DNA of 64,000 nucleotides from Batkoa obscura (Eukaryota): NCBI GenBank assembly GCA_030770535.1, contig JASVEC010000023.1, positions 558,001 to 622,000 of the forward strand, read 5' to 3'. Shown piece by piece: positions 10,562 to 22,281 of this stretch (position 1 is its first letter; each line of letters starts with the position of its first letter). The notes under the pieces were generated by a model. It saw only the letters and a program-made list of their open reading frames with translations, ran no database searches and was not told where the DNA came from. The position numbers and the translations under genes were made by a program.

Positions 10562-11947
10562 TTAAAGAATATGTACGGTATTTGAGTCTGCATGGGAATT
10601 ACTTAAAACATCAGCGTCAATATCAACATTAACTAAATCTTTGCTAGCGACTCCGCCAAGAATAGAACCAACAAGCTCATTACCAGCAACTCCACCAAGA
10701 ACAGGAGCAACAATGCCACCTACAGCTTGTTCAGCAACTGGAGCAAGTAAAGCTAAAGGAACAAAGGTTCTTCTGTTAATAACTGGGAGAATATGTGGAC
10801 GATTATCTTTAGTTTTTAATACTTCAACATCAGCATCGACGTTTGCAAGATGAGGTCCATTCTTAGTACCTAATACATCAGCATCGACATCGGCTGATAC
10901 TAAAGAGTTACCACGTCCATCTTTGGCAACATCAGCTTTAACTTTAGCTTGAGCTAATCCGTCTTTATTCAATACATGTGCATCGACATCAGCTGATACT
11001 AAAGATTGTCCATTGCTGCCCTTGGCAACATCAGCTTTGACTTTAGCATCAACTAATCCTTTTTTACTTAAAACATCGGCATCAATATCAGCTGATACTA
11101 AAGAATTTCCACGTCCATCTTTAGCAACATCAGCCTTAACATCAGCATTAAGTAGCCCATCTTTGGATAATGCTTTTGCTCTGATATCAGCATCAATCAA
11201 AGCTTGACCATTTTTACCTTTGAGAACATCAGCTTTAACTCCTAAGTCTAATAAACCACAGTTACTAAGAAGATCAAGGTCAACATCAGCATTGACAAGG
11301 TTTAAGACATTAGCACCAATATTCAATCCTAATAAACCTCTTTTTGGACGACATGGACGCTTTCCATTGTTACCGTTACCACTTCCGTTATTTCCTCCAT
11401 AGTGGCCACCATTATTTCCTCCATTATTTCCGCCGTTATTTCCTCCATTGTTACCACCGTTGTTACCTCCATTGTTGCCTCCATTATTGCCACCGTTGTG
11501 ACCTCCATTATTTCCTCCATTATTTCCTCCATTGTTACCTCCGTTGTTACCTCCATTATTACCTCCATTATTGCCACCGTTGTGGCCTCCATTATTTCCT
11601 CCGTTATTTCCTCCATTATTGCCACCATTGTGTCCTCCGTAATGGCCTCCATTATTTCCTCCATTATTACCACCATTGTGTCCTCCGTAATGGCCTCCAT
11701 TATTTCCTCCATTATTACCACCATTGTGTCCTCCGTAATGGCCACCATTATGTCCTCCGTTGTTACCACCATTATGTCCTCCGTTGTTACCTCCGTAAAC
11801 TGGAGTAGTAGCATAGTTATCATTATTTGTTGAAGTAATAGTCATGGTAGAATCACCATCTTTTTGGGGAGTGTCTTGTATGTATAAAGGAGAAACTAAA
11901 GCAGCGAGGATGCAAGAGATTAAGAGAGTAGATTTGTTAAAGTACAT
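10562..11947 (-). CDS. Secreted GGNN/GGHN/GGHY-repeat protein with 'ADVxADV' beta-repeat domain (paralog 2)
   Basis: 461-aa intronless ORF with signal peptide MYFNKSTLLISCILAALVSP and about 34 GG(N/H)(N/Y) units. Its beta-repeat domain is essentially identical to paralog 1; there is an extra hydrophobic segment after an RR site. Confidence 0.85.
   Translation of the reverse strand: MYFNKSTLLISCILAALVSPLYIQDTPQKDGDSTMTITSTNNDNYATTPVYGGNNGGHNGGNNGGHNGGHYGGHNGGNNGGNNGGHYGGHNGGNNGGNNGGHYGGHNGGNNGGNNGGNNGGHNGGNNGGNNGGNNGGNNGGNNGGNNGGHNGGNNGGNNGGNNGGNNGGNNGGNNGGNNGGHYGGNNGSGNGNNGKRPCRPKRGLLGLNIGANVLNLVNADVDLDLLSNCGLLDLGVKADVLKGKNGQALIDADIRAKALSKDGLLNADVKADVAKDGRGNSLVSADIDADVLSKKGLVDAKVKADVAKGSNGQSLVSADVDAHVLNKDGLAQAKVKADVAKDGRGNSLVSADVDADVLGTKNGPHLANVDADVEVLKTKDNRPHILPVINRRTFVPLALLAPVAEQAVGGIVAPVLGGVAGNELVGSILGGVASKDLVNVDIDADVLSNSHADSNTVHIL
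11385..11795 (-). repeat. 12-bp coding tandem repeat encoding GG(N/H)(N/Y)
   Basis: Directly visible 12-bp periodicity, with a higher-order 48-bp unit in part of the array. Confidence 0.95.
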
Positions 11948-12932
11948 TTCTTTAATATTTATTATTTAGTAGAGTACTATTTTTTGATGTAATTAGTTTT
12001 TACTTTTTTGAGATAATAATCTTCGTTGGATTTTTGAGATATTTATACTCTTTCTTCTCACTTTCCTCCATTTTGTATATTCTTCATTTAACTTAGTTTG
12101 TGAACTCTCCAATATCTTCTTGAAATTGGAATCACTCCTTAATTCTTTCGCCAAAATTTCATTCTCACTATCTAGTTTCATTCTAACTTAATAAATTCTT
12201 TTTGAAATCTAAGTTGGGTACTAAAGTTCTTACTTTTATTAAAAAGAGAATGAAGTTTGAAAAATTAGTTTTTGTTCACATTGCTAATTAACACTTTGGA
12301 TCAAATCCAACTGGCAGTAATAAGATTTCGAAAATGCCCCTTAAAAATTTTAACAAATTTATTTTTAGAGTTGGGTGTGACCTTACAAAAATAAAAATTA
12401 AGGTCCCTTACTCTTTTTATTTCTGGAGTAAAAATAAATTTAAATGGTTAATCAAATATTTAAATTATTTTAATACAAGTTTTTATTCTAAAAGTAAGTC
12501 ATGTTTTCCTAGTTTTTGATAGTACTAACTAATAAATTATCATACTTATATTACATATTCTTTATATAAAACATACTCCACCTTAAAGCTTAGTAATGAT
12601 ATCAAACAAAGACACTTTAGTATATTGTGTATATTCGTAAAGTTTAATGTATAGATATTTGTATTTATATTTATTATTTTATAGAAGATTTTCATTAGAA
12701 AACTTTAAAATTTAGTTTATTACAAGGATGACTTCAACTTTAATAAAATTAATCTTATCATATCTCATTAAGTAAAATTTCCAAAATGCAAAACAAAAAT
12801 TATATTCTTTATTTACTATAGAGAAGTAAATACAAAGTTGTCTGGGGAAGCATTGAGCTATATGATATTTAAAATAAAAATAAGATATAAAAATATCAAA
12901 ACTTTGTTGTTTTATTAAGTTGGTATATCATT

Positions 12933-13760
12933 ATGCGTACTTTTAATTTTAATTTCTTTTATTACATTATACTATCTAATCTTATCCCTATACTTACACT
13001 TACATCAAATTTAACTCAAACGGACTTATCATTAAACTCAACGTCAAATAATGGAAACTATTATTACTACGTTCCTACTAATATTAATCAAACTGATAAT
13101 AAACCAATGCAAACTTACGTTGTGATTCCTTTAATAAAAGAAAGTAATGAGAGCATAAAGAATGAAACTATAACACCCAAAGAAACAAATGGCACACTTC
13201 CGTCGAACCATACGATTATTGATGAAAAGAAAAACACTACAATAACTCCAAAACAGAAAGAGAAAGAAAAGAAGAAAAAGAAAAAGAAAAGCTGCAATCC
13301 TCATTTTAGCTTACTTGGTATCAACTTTGAGATTCATTTAGGGCCTTTACTTTCAATCGCAGTAAAATTGGGTCTTTTCAATGGATGCAGTCTATTGGAT
13401 TTAGATGTTAAAACTAAGGTATTGAAAGGAAAAAATGGAACTGCTGTAATAGGAGCCGATATTAACACTGAATTATTGGGTAAAAAGGGATTAGTAAACA
13501 CTAACATTAAAGCAGATGTCTTAAACTTTAAAAAGAATGCTACTGACAATAAGGACAGCAATAGCAATCAAAAAGTAAATAAAGCTATGTCTGATGAAAA
13601 AAATAAAAAGTTAGATATCAGTCAACTTAATAGCAATACGACACAATCAATAAGTCAAAATGACCAAATGAATAAGACTAGTGTTGAGATACAGCTAGAT
13701 GACAATAAGAAAGATACAAGCGCAGTAACAATGAATACTGACAATAAAAAAAAACAATAA
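12933..13760 (+). CDS. Divergent paralog 3 of the beta-repeat secreted family (no GGNN; poly-Lys linker)
   Basis: Hydrophobic N-terminus. CNPHFSLLGINFEIHLGPLLSIAVKLGLFNGCSLLDLDVKTKVLKGKNGTAVIGADINTELLGKKGLVNTNIKADVL aligns by eye with CRPKRGLLGLNIGANV...NCGLLDLGVKADVLKGKNGQALIDAD of paralogs 1/2. Confidence 0.8.
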   Translation: MRTFNFNFFYYIILSNLIPILTLTSNLTQTDLSLNSTSNNGNYYYYVPTNINQTDNKPMQTYVVIPLIKESNESIKNETITPKETNGTLPSNHTIIDEKKNTTITPKQKEKEKKKKKKKSCNPHFSLLGINFEIHLGPLLSIAVKLGLFNGCSLLDLDVKTKVLKGKNGTAVIGADINTELLGKKGLVNTNIKADVLNFKKNATDNKDSNSNQKVNKAMSDEKNKKLDISQLNSNTTQSISQNDQMNKTSVEIQLDDNKKDTSAVTMNTDNKKKQ

Positions 13761-14155
13761 CTTGAAGTATAACTACTATCAAGGGTGTAAAGAGCAACTT
13801 TAAAATTTTGTTTAGTTTTATATCAAATCTAATTCTTATTTTACTTTTAATAAATTTTAATGCTTTTAATCATTACTGATTTATTTTTGAAGATATTTTA
13901 TTATAATCTTATCATTAAAAACAATTTTGTATAAAATCAATTCCTCATACTCATTAAATTTAAAAATTACTATACTATCTCACTATTTAAAACCTGATTT
14001 TGTATAGCTTCTTATATATTTATCTATAGCTGTTGAATTAGTTGAATTTAGATTCTTAAGCTTTAAAACTAACAAAGATGCAAGCTTTTCAACAGTGAAA
14101 TAAAGATCTAATACTTTTCTATCATTTAAGATTTTAAATTTATTATTATGTTAAA

Positions 14156-14309
14156 GGGTATCCGCGCGAACGCGTTTACCCCACTACCAAAAATTGTCCA
14201 GTGTTATCAGAGTTAACTGACATGGAAACTCTCAGAGCCGATGTGCAATGCTTAGATTGTTCCCAGCCCCTTCGCCTTCATGATCACGAAGAGACCCTGG
14301 CAGGTAAGT
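14156..14309 (-). ncRNA. U1: U1 spliceosomal snRNA
   Basis: Minus strand reads ACTTACCTGCCAGGG (5' splice-site pairing end), GATCATGAAG (loop I, U1-70K site), CATTGCAC (loop II, U1A site), AATTTTTGG (Sm site) and GGGGTAAACGCGTTCGCGCGGATACCC (SL IV with UUCG loop). All in canonical order over ~155 nt. Confidence 0.95.
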
Positions 14310-14847
14310 AAAGATTTACTGTTGAAGTGTTGCAGAATTTAAAGGCCGCCTAAGAAATTTGAAATAGTAGACTTGTGGGATTTTAAAAATATTTCAACCA
14401 ATCAGAGGTCAAAATGATTTCAACTTCAAATTTTAGTTGAATTTTTTTAAATTCAAAACAAATACGTGTAGTGTTTTTGGTTAAATGTGAGGAAAGGCAA
14501 AGAGTACTAACACTTAAGGTGGAGTGAGCTGAAAAGAAGAGAACTCCGAATATATTTAATATTATAAGTTCTTAATATTAATAAACAAATGTAGTTTGTG
14601 TGTTTTGAAAGTCACTTATAAATAATAAAATATAACGAAGGGATTCGTAAAACTAAAGGGAATTTAGTATTGATATTATATTAAATCACATAGTTTTTAC
14701 TATGATAATAATACTTAAATAATGAATAAGCTTATGTTTTATATATAACTAAAGTATTTTATAGATATTTGGGTAACACAAAAATAATTAAAATAAAGAA
14801 ACTGTTAATTTCTAAATAAATTTATTAAATAAAATATATAATTTTAA

Positions 14848-15756
14848 CTAGATAGAACCCCTTCTACCAATAACGGATTGCCATCCTTTAGCATTCTCAA
14901 ATCCATTTCTTCCATATTGATAATCTAAAAACGTTTTCTTGATTCCAGCTTCATCATTCATTACAAATGGACCGTATTGCTTGATTGGCTCATTAAGTGG
15001 CTTTCCGGCAATCAAAACAAAATGAACTGGTTCATCTTGAGATTTCATTATGATCTTACTTTCTTTTTCGCCTCCTTCTTTGTCAAACACCACTGTTGTA
15101 TGTGCTTTGATAATCTTTCCGCTTTCAGGAAATTCTACTCTACCTTTAAGTGTATAAATAAATGCAGTGGTAAATTCTGCTGGTAGAATTTGATAAGCTG
15201 ACTTATTTGGTTCCATTTTAAAATCTATATAATAAACTGGATTTTTGGTACGGATTGGTGAGGTTATTCCATAAGATTCACCGGCAATTACTTTAAGTTC
15301 AATTCCTTCTTCAGGTGTTGCTCTTGGGATTTCTAAATCTTTTAAATCTTGATAAGATGGCTCACACATCTTTTCTTTAGCTGGTAGATTGATCCATAAT
15401 TGTAGACCAGTTGCAGGTTCACTTGATTCGGCTAATGGCATTTCAGCATGTACAATACCTTTACCAGCTGTCATCCATTGTAAGTCACCTGGGCCAATAA
15501 TTCCTTTGTTTCCATTAAAATCTTCATGCTCGTTGGTTCCACTAATCATATAAGTTACAGTCTCGAAACCTCTATGAGGATGGTCGGGAAACCCAGCAGG
15601 AAATTGTACTTTAAATTCATCTAACATTAAAAATGGATCTAAATTTCTTAAGTTATAAGTTCCAATACTTCTTCTAACTGTTGCGCCTGCACCTTCGGGC
15701 TGTTCAATAGATACTACTTCTTGCACTACTTTTCTTAATACTTCAGCTACAGGCAT
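14848..15756 (-). CDS. PIR: Pirin (bicupin iron-binding protein)
   Basis: Motifs EGAGATVRRSIG, LDPFLMLDEF, GFPDHPHRGFETVTY, GDLQWMTAGKGIVHAEMP, GLQLWINLP, EPIKQYGPFVMN. Confidence 0.95.
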   Translation of the reverse strand: MPVAEVLRKVVQEVVSIEQPEGAGATVRRSIGTYNLRNLDPFLMLDEFKVQFPAGFPDHPHRGFETVTYMISGTNEHEDFNGNKGIIGPGDLQWMTAGKGIVHAEMPLAESSEPATGLQLWINLPAKEKMCEPSYQDLKDLEIPRATPEEGIELKVIAGESYGITSPIRTKNPVYYIDFKMEPNKSAYQILPAEFTTAFIYTLKGRVEFPESGKIIKAHTTVVFDKEGGEKESKIIMKSQDEPVHFVLIAGKPLNEPIKQYGPFVMNDEAGIKKTFLDYQYGRNGFENAKGWQSVIGRRGSI

Positions 15757-17177
15757 TTTAAATATTTGTTGTTTTTCTGGTTGTTTTATTTGTTTTGTTT
15801 TGATTTTGATTTTTTGATTTCTTGATCTTTATTCTTTTATTTTGCTTTTGCTTTTATACTTTTTACTTTTATTATGATTACCAAAGTTTGATTATAAATC
15901 TTATTCACATAAAACCATAGTTGTTTTACAAACTCATTGAAAGCTTGAATATCTGAAATTTTAGAAGGTCTTATTTGCTGCTATGAAATTCACTTACAAA
16001 TCCAAGCATAAACTTTATAATTTCTTGATAATCAAAAATTTAGTCCAAGAATAAAATTTGAAGCAAACATTAGAATCAATAATAAGTAATGAGCAGATGT
16101 TTAATTATCAGCCAAAGATTTAAATTAGAAAAGCAAGCCAAATTTAAAATTATTTTTTTGGTGAAAAACCAAACAAGCGGACAATGAATTATAAAATTAT
16201 TTAAAAGGACCTTATATCGTGTCATCTTTGTCCTTTAGTTATCTTTTTGGTCAATTATTTCATAGTGAATTTAAAATAAGGTTGTAATACAACTACAAAT
16301 TTATTTATCAAAATTTTTAACAGCAGCTTCATAGTCAGCGTACATGTAAGAATACCAAGGGTTCTGAATTAGTATCTTATTATACATATAGTAAACTTAT
16401 TAAAAACATCTTATATTAGTTTTTATAATAACAACTATTTATTATAAATCGTATAAAAGAATAGCATAGTAATAAGATAAACAATAGGAACTAAGCTATA
16501 TGATTAAATTAGAATATTATCAACAATTAGTAAAAAATTTGAGATGTAATATAAATTTATGATCAAGCAATAATATAATCAAATACTTATAAAACACGAG
16601 ATATATTAAGTTTTTAAAAAATTATAGATAATTAAATAAAAAACTATAATATTACAAATTTTATAAAATAATTTTATTTAAACATTACTATAATAGTTAT
16701 TATTATTTTAATCTTGTATTTTTATATATATTGTTGTAGTATTTTAATGAATTAAATTATAAAAACGCTATATGTACGCTTCTGAATCTTTCTTACTACT
16801 ATTTACTGTTATACTTTTTTGAATATGTTTATAACCATTTTAAAATATATGAGATATTAAAATGCTGAAATTTAAAAAATGTTTTGTTATTCTTAACCTT
16901 TAAAATTTAGTTATAAAAATACTTTGTTTTTGTTAAAATTCAAAATTAATTTGAAATCGGAAAAATGATCTACAATAGACATCACTTAAAATAAAAAGTT
17001 ATCACCTTCATCGGCGAAAAGAATGGCGAAGTAGGTGTATAATAGTAGATTTTCTAATAAATACAATCAAGATCAACAATGTATCAACGTTTTGTTTAAA
17101 TGTCACAAAAATTCAATGTTAATTTCTATTTAAGCAGCTAAAATACCTCAACTAAATTTAATTTAATTTAATTTAAC

Positions 17178-18536
17178 ATGAGATCTTTTGGCTGGGCCAA
17201 TTTAGGACTTGTAACTTTAATAGCATTGAATGCTGTAGCTGGACAGAACTGTGCGAAGCCAGTAACTAGGAAAGAAGTTAGAGAGTTGACTCAGCAAGAG
17301 TTTAATGCCTATGTTTCTGCAGTACAAAAACTACATAGTAGTAAGACTACCACCTCTACTTATAATGATTTTGAAGTATTTGCTCAACTTCATGATAGAA
17401 GTGCGCCTAATATTCACAATAATCCTTCTTTTTTACCATGGCATAGGGAATTTTTGTATCGCTATGAACAAAGCTTAAAAAAAATCAATTCCAATATTAC
17501 ATTACCTTATTGGGATTGGACCTTAGATTATGAGTACCCTCATCGATCCCCTATTTTAACTCAATTAATGATGGGAGGAAACGGAGACGAAAATAATGAC
17601 TACTGTATTTCTGATGGACCTTTTAGTACATTTTCTATGCAGTATGCTTCAGATCAAGGTCCTCATTGTTTAAGAAGGAGTTATAGTGAAGATAGAAACA
17701 TCACTTCATTCGTTCCACCAGAAACAATGGTAGCCATTTCTAGCGATAAAAGATTTTCTTATTTCTCTTACCCACTTGAAATTTATCATGGTTACCCCCA
17801 TGTAGGTATTGGTGGTGATTATGGTGATTTTTCAACTATGTATTCCCCAAATGATCCTTTATTTTATTTACATCATGCCTTTATTGATATGTTGTTTAGC
17901 AAATGGCAAGATAAGTTCGGATTAAGTATAGCTTATGAAGGCACTAGATACAGAAGAACGGTTTCAAGTAGTAATACTTTAACTAATTTGGGGATCAGAG
18001 TGAGTGATGCATGGAACACTCGTAGCACTCGTTACTGCTATCAATACCCAAGTTATCCAAGAATTGTACCAACTCCAAGTTATGTAACTGCTGCTAATTT
18101 ACAAAGTAATACTTTGCTAGTTAGAAGAAACGAACCAGAATCTGAAGACTATGGCAATAAGCCAAAGAAGCAACACAAAGGGAGATTAGGCTCTGTATTA
18201 TCTAAATTTGATGGCGATATCGAAGGCAAAGTCAAATCAGCCTTGGGTAAAAATCCTTTCTTACAAGAAGTAGATGATGATGATGATGATGAATTTAAAG
18301 GGAAAGATATTAAAGAAGTAATTAAACATATTAAAACTAAACATAAGAAAGGTGGCAAAAAAGCTAGGAAACGCCTCAGAAAACCTAAGAAATTACCAAA
18401 AGGCTGGGCTGATAGAAATGGATTCTCACAAAGCGATGTTGATGAGGTTTATCAAGATACTATTGATCTTTTGGACTCTCTTTCTGAAGTTGAAGGCTTT
18501 GTATCAATCGCAGATATTAAAGCTAGTTATGTATAA
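17178..18536 (+). CDS. Secreted tyrosinase (type-3 di-copper protein)
   Basis: Signal peptide; RKEVREL; CuA H..IHNNPSFLPWHR; LPYWDW; CuB HGYPHVGIGG...SPNDPLFYLHHAFID; charged C-terminal extension. Confidence 0.93.
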   Translation: MRSFGWANLGLVTLIALNAVAGQNCAKPVTRKEVRELTQQEFNAYVSAVQKLHSSKTTTSTYNDFEVFAQLHDRSAPNIHNNPSFLPWHREFLYRYEQSLKKINSNITLPYWDWTLDYEYPHRSPILTQLMMGGNGDENNDYCISDGPFSTFSMQYASDQGPHCLRRSYSEDRNITSFVPPETMVAISSDKRFSYFSYPLEIYHGYPHVGIGGDYGDFSTMYSPNDPLFYLHHAFIDMLFSKWQDKFGLSIAYEGTRYRRTVSSSNTLTNLGIRVSDAWNTRSTRYCYQYPSYPRIVPTPSYVTAANLQSNTLLVRRNEPESEDYGNKPKKQHKGRLGSVLSKFDGDIEGKVKSALGKNPFLQEVDDDDDDEFKGKDIKEVIKHIKTKHKKGGKKARKRLRKPKKLPKGWADRNGFSQSDVDEVYQDTIDLLDSLSEVEGFVSIADIKASYV

Positions 18537-19207
18537 ATAAACATATTACAATAACGCATTTAGTATTTAAAGGCAACTGAATTATTAAATATAACTTTTT
18601 CAAACCTATGTATAAAAAGTAACGTTTTGAAGTCAATCAAACACTTGTATAACCTGGGGTAAAAAATCCACTACTATTACATAATATTTAAAATAGTAGT
18701 GTGGTTAATATTCAATAAACAAGTGCTCGTTAAATAAAAGCTAATGTGTAACACTCTATAGTAAGGATATCTTAAAATATTTTATCTTTGAAATTTTTTA
18801 TTACAACTTTTGTTTAAACTCAATTTATCCAATATCAATTTTGGCAATTTTTTATGATTTTAATATAAAAAATATCAAAAAAAGATAAATAATATATGTC
18901 ATATATTAAGTAACTTGATATTTATTTAATTGTTTATTTAAGATTTTAATAACAATTATTTTTGTTTTTATTTCCAACTTAACTGCTTAATTTTAAGATG
19001 AATGGAGATTGACTTAAAAAAAAGAAAAATAATACAAATCTAGCCTGTACAAAAATTATTAATAAATTTTATACACTAAAACAAAAAATCCATATACATA
19101 TAAACAAAAAATCCAATAACATGGCAATATAGTACTTGATATATGATTATGGGGAGCCAAATACTCTTTTATTTAAAATTGGTCAGAAATAGGCTAAAGT
19201 AACATAT

Positions 19208-19306
19208 AAGGATGTTTTTTTTGACTTCATCACTTTTTCCATTTTTAAACGCTGTTTAAATAGAAAGATTGTTAGTAAAATCCTCCAAATTAAAAAATAC
19301 ATTCCC
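19208..19306 (+). mobile_element. MITE family A copy
   Basis: AAGGATGTTTTTTTTGACTTCATC...AATACATTCCC with ATAT TSD. Confidence 0.85.
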
Positions 19307-19634
19307 ATATGTATAATATAAATCTAAAATTAACAACGATTAAAGTTGTTATAAATAAATCGAAAACATAATTTACAACAAATGTATATCATTGTTAAGT
19401 AAAGGTACTGTTTGGCTTTATTTTTCGTCACTGTCTCTTTTAATTAATATTCTTATTATTTCTTTATTTAACATTATGTAACAATGGTAATGATTTCTAT
19501 ATTTTTACCCTAAATTGTAAGTATCTTATTGACTCCAAAACACATTATAGGCAAATTATTTTTTTAAATATTATTATTAAATTAAAAGCTAAAATAGATT
19601 ACAAAAGCAATAGTTATTTAGTTAAATAGTATAT

Positions 19635-19725
19635 AATGATATATTTCTGTATTTAAGAATTGTACTAACAATTTCTCTTCTCAAATAGTACTTAATGGAA
19701 AAAGTGAAGTCAAAAAAAACACCTT
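19635..19725 (-). mobile_element. MITE family A copy, degraded
   Basis: Internal consensus TATTTAAGAATTGTACTAACAATTT...CAAATAGTACTTAATGGAAAAAGTGAAGTCAAAAAAAACACC; termini eroded. Confidence 0.65.
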
Positions 19726-19878
19726 TATTTAGTGCTCAAATTTATAGAAAAAGTACTTTGTAGACAAATCTTCGGCTAAAGATAAGCATGGTTAAAATCA
19801 TAGACTTGCCCAAATTTTACTTATATGGATTAGCAAATCCAATTTTTCTAGAAATTGTTTAAGGGTTTAATTCTCAAA

Positions 19879-21240
19879 ATGAGTAAACAAGAAGGAAGTG
19901 TAGCAGAAGAGATAATCACAAGAGAAAGTAATTCGTTATTCGAGATAGTAGTTGGAGCTTATGAAAGAATACTTTATGGTTTGAGTTTTTGTGAGAAAGG
20001 GAAAGAAAATGAACTTCAAATTAAGAACTCAAAGCAATCTACATTAACTACTAGTTTACCCTATTCAATATCACCATTTTTTATTTTCCCTGCTCATATC
20101 GGTTGTATAAAGTCTGTCAATGTTGGAGTAAGTAGATATTTGGCTTCTGGATCAACAGATGAGTTTATTAAGTAAGTTTTAAAATTATATTATGTTTAAG
20201 ATTAAATGATTACTTAATAACAATTATCTATTGAAAGATACTAACAAGTTATTTAGACTGTATGATATGAAATCTCGTAAAGAGTTAGGGTCTCTTCAAG
20301 AGCATAAAGGTAAAAAAAAGTACTTCATTACTTTTGTTTAATACTAAACTATTTAGGCTCCATTACATGCCTTGAGTTTGTAGGAAAAAATCATTTAGTT
20401 AGTGGGTCGGAAGATGGTACAATAATGATATGGAGAACCAAAGATTGGGAGGTATTAAAGACTTTAAAAGGTCATACTGGGAAGATTCATTCTTTATCTG
20501 TCCATCCAACTGGAAAATTAGCATTATCAGTAGGGAGTGATAAATTAATGTTTTTATGGAATATGATGACAGGACATAAAGCCTCTTCCATAAGATTGCC
20601 TAAGGTTGCTGATGCCATCCAATGGAATAAAAAAGGGGATCTTTATGCAGTAATGTATGAATCTTTTATTGAGATTTATTCAACCGCTTCTTCAAAGCCA
20701 ATAAATAGAATAGAGTCAAGTAGTATTCGTTGTAAATTTATGAGTTTAGATTGGTCTGAGTTAAATCAAAAAAATTATTTGGGTGTGGGATGTAGTGATG
20801 GTTCTTTAAAGTTATTCGGTCCAATTGAAAATGCAGACTCGAAAGAAATTAAAAGTTTAGAAATTCAAGCTCATTCTGTAAGAATTAAAGCTTTAAAAAG
20901 CATTAATTTAGAAGAAGCTACTTTGCCTCGATTAAAGACCCGTATTGTTTCAGATGAAGATCCTTTAGATAAAAGACATTACCTAACAACAGTATCTTCT
21001 GACGGATTGATTTTAGTATGGGATCTTGAAATTTTAGTTGGTAGATTAGATAGTAATGTGGAAGAACAAAATGTAATAAAGCTTAAAGAATATGCCTCTC
21101 TTTTGAATAAAACCAAAGCATCAAAAGAGGATATGGAAAAGGACAACTTCCCTTCAGAAGATGATAGATCTTTAATATTAGCTTCGTACTTTGCTGGTGT
21201 TCGTCTTACTTGCTTATCCATTAACTTTCCCTACTATTAA
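19879..21240 (+). CDS. MAK11: MAK11/PAK1IP1-like WD40 60S-biogenesis factor
   Basis: IVVGAYERILYG...FIFPAHIGCIKSV...YLASGSTDEFIK|LYDMKSRKELGSLQEHKG|SITCLEF...LVSGSEDG...WRTKDWEVLKTLKGH...SVHPTGKLALSVG. Exons 19879-20171, 20257-20309, 20357-21240. Confidence 0.88.
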
Positions 21241-22281
21241 TTCGATGATTTATTTGAAGGCAGTCATAGGAATAACAATCTTAGTTATCTTTAATAATGC
21301 TCTTACAACAAGGTTACAAAGCAATCTTATTATAGTTTAAAAATTATAGAACTTTAAAAATAGAATTTATAATAGTTAGAATAAATATTATTTTTATCTT
21401 ATACTTAATTAAAATTTGTTTAATGTAATTTTGTACTTACTTATTTTTATTTAGAATATACTTTATACATGTATGAAAGTATTTATAGTTTGAGTATAAT
21501 AATTTTTTTTGAGTATTTTGTCCATTTTTAATAAGTTAAATACAAAAAAAACAATTATAAAAGTACAAGAGTATATTATCTGACTATTTTCAGTGTCTTT
21601 ATAAACTCATATAACATAAGTGAACTTCTTCCAGTTGCTAATGCCAACAGATTCCCACTTTCATGGATTAAATATTCTCTAAAATATATAATGTAAATTA
21701 TATTAATTTGAATAATTTGGATAATTCGAATTATTTCATCTGATTATAGAAACAAACATTTAAAAATCAAATTACGTTTTGAAAAACTCGAGCCAATAGA
21801 CTTTCAAATATTTTATTTGTGAAAAATAATATCAATTCAAAAAAGGAAAAAGACACAAAACTTGGATCTTTACTTCAATAAATTATACGGAAAAATTCAA
21901 ACATTTGAATAATAGCATTTATAAATACTGTGTAACCTTATATAACAAGAAAGGGTATTCTGTAATAGCGTGAATCCAAATACAGCAATATTCAAAGGGT
22001 GTAGTAAAGTTATTGTAAACAACTAAGTATATACAGAGAGTTTTTAAATTTGAGTATAAAAAGATATTAACCAATTCTCTTTTATTTATTAAATATCAAA
22101 GTGAACCTTTGAATACAATTCTTGTTAATTTAAATACAATTAAAACCAATAGTTATGTAAACGGAACAACTAGTTCTATTTATATACAATTCAAATTCTG
22201 CCTTTATAAAACTGTATTCAATTTAACCTATTAAAAATGCACAAAAAAAGTATATAAATTAGTGTATTTTTACTTTAAACG

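Noticed and set aside
8084..11833. Alternative-frame ORFs such as (PPLF)n, (HYFL)n, (MEEI)n and (SSII)n
   Set aside because: Shadow frames of the stop-free 12-bp GGNN repeat and beta-repeat coding sequence; only the signal-peptide-bearing frame is credible.
14309..14311. U1 lacking the AU start (reads TTACTTACC) as a variant or pseudogene
   Set aside because: Transcription can start at ACUUACC as in some fungal U1s; all functional motifs are intact.
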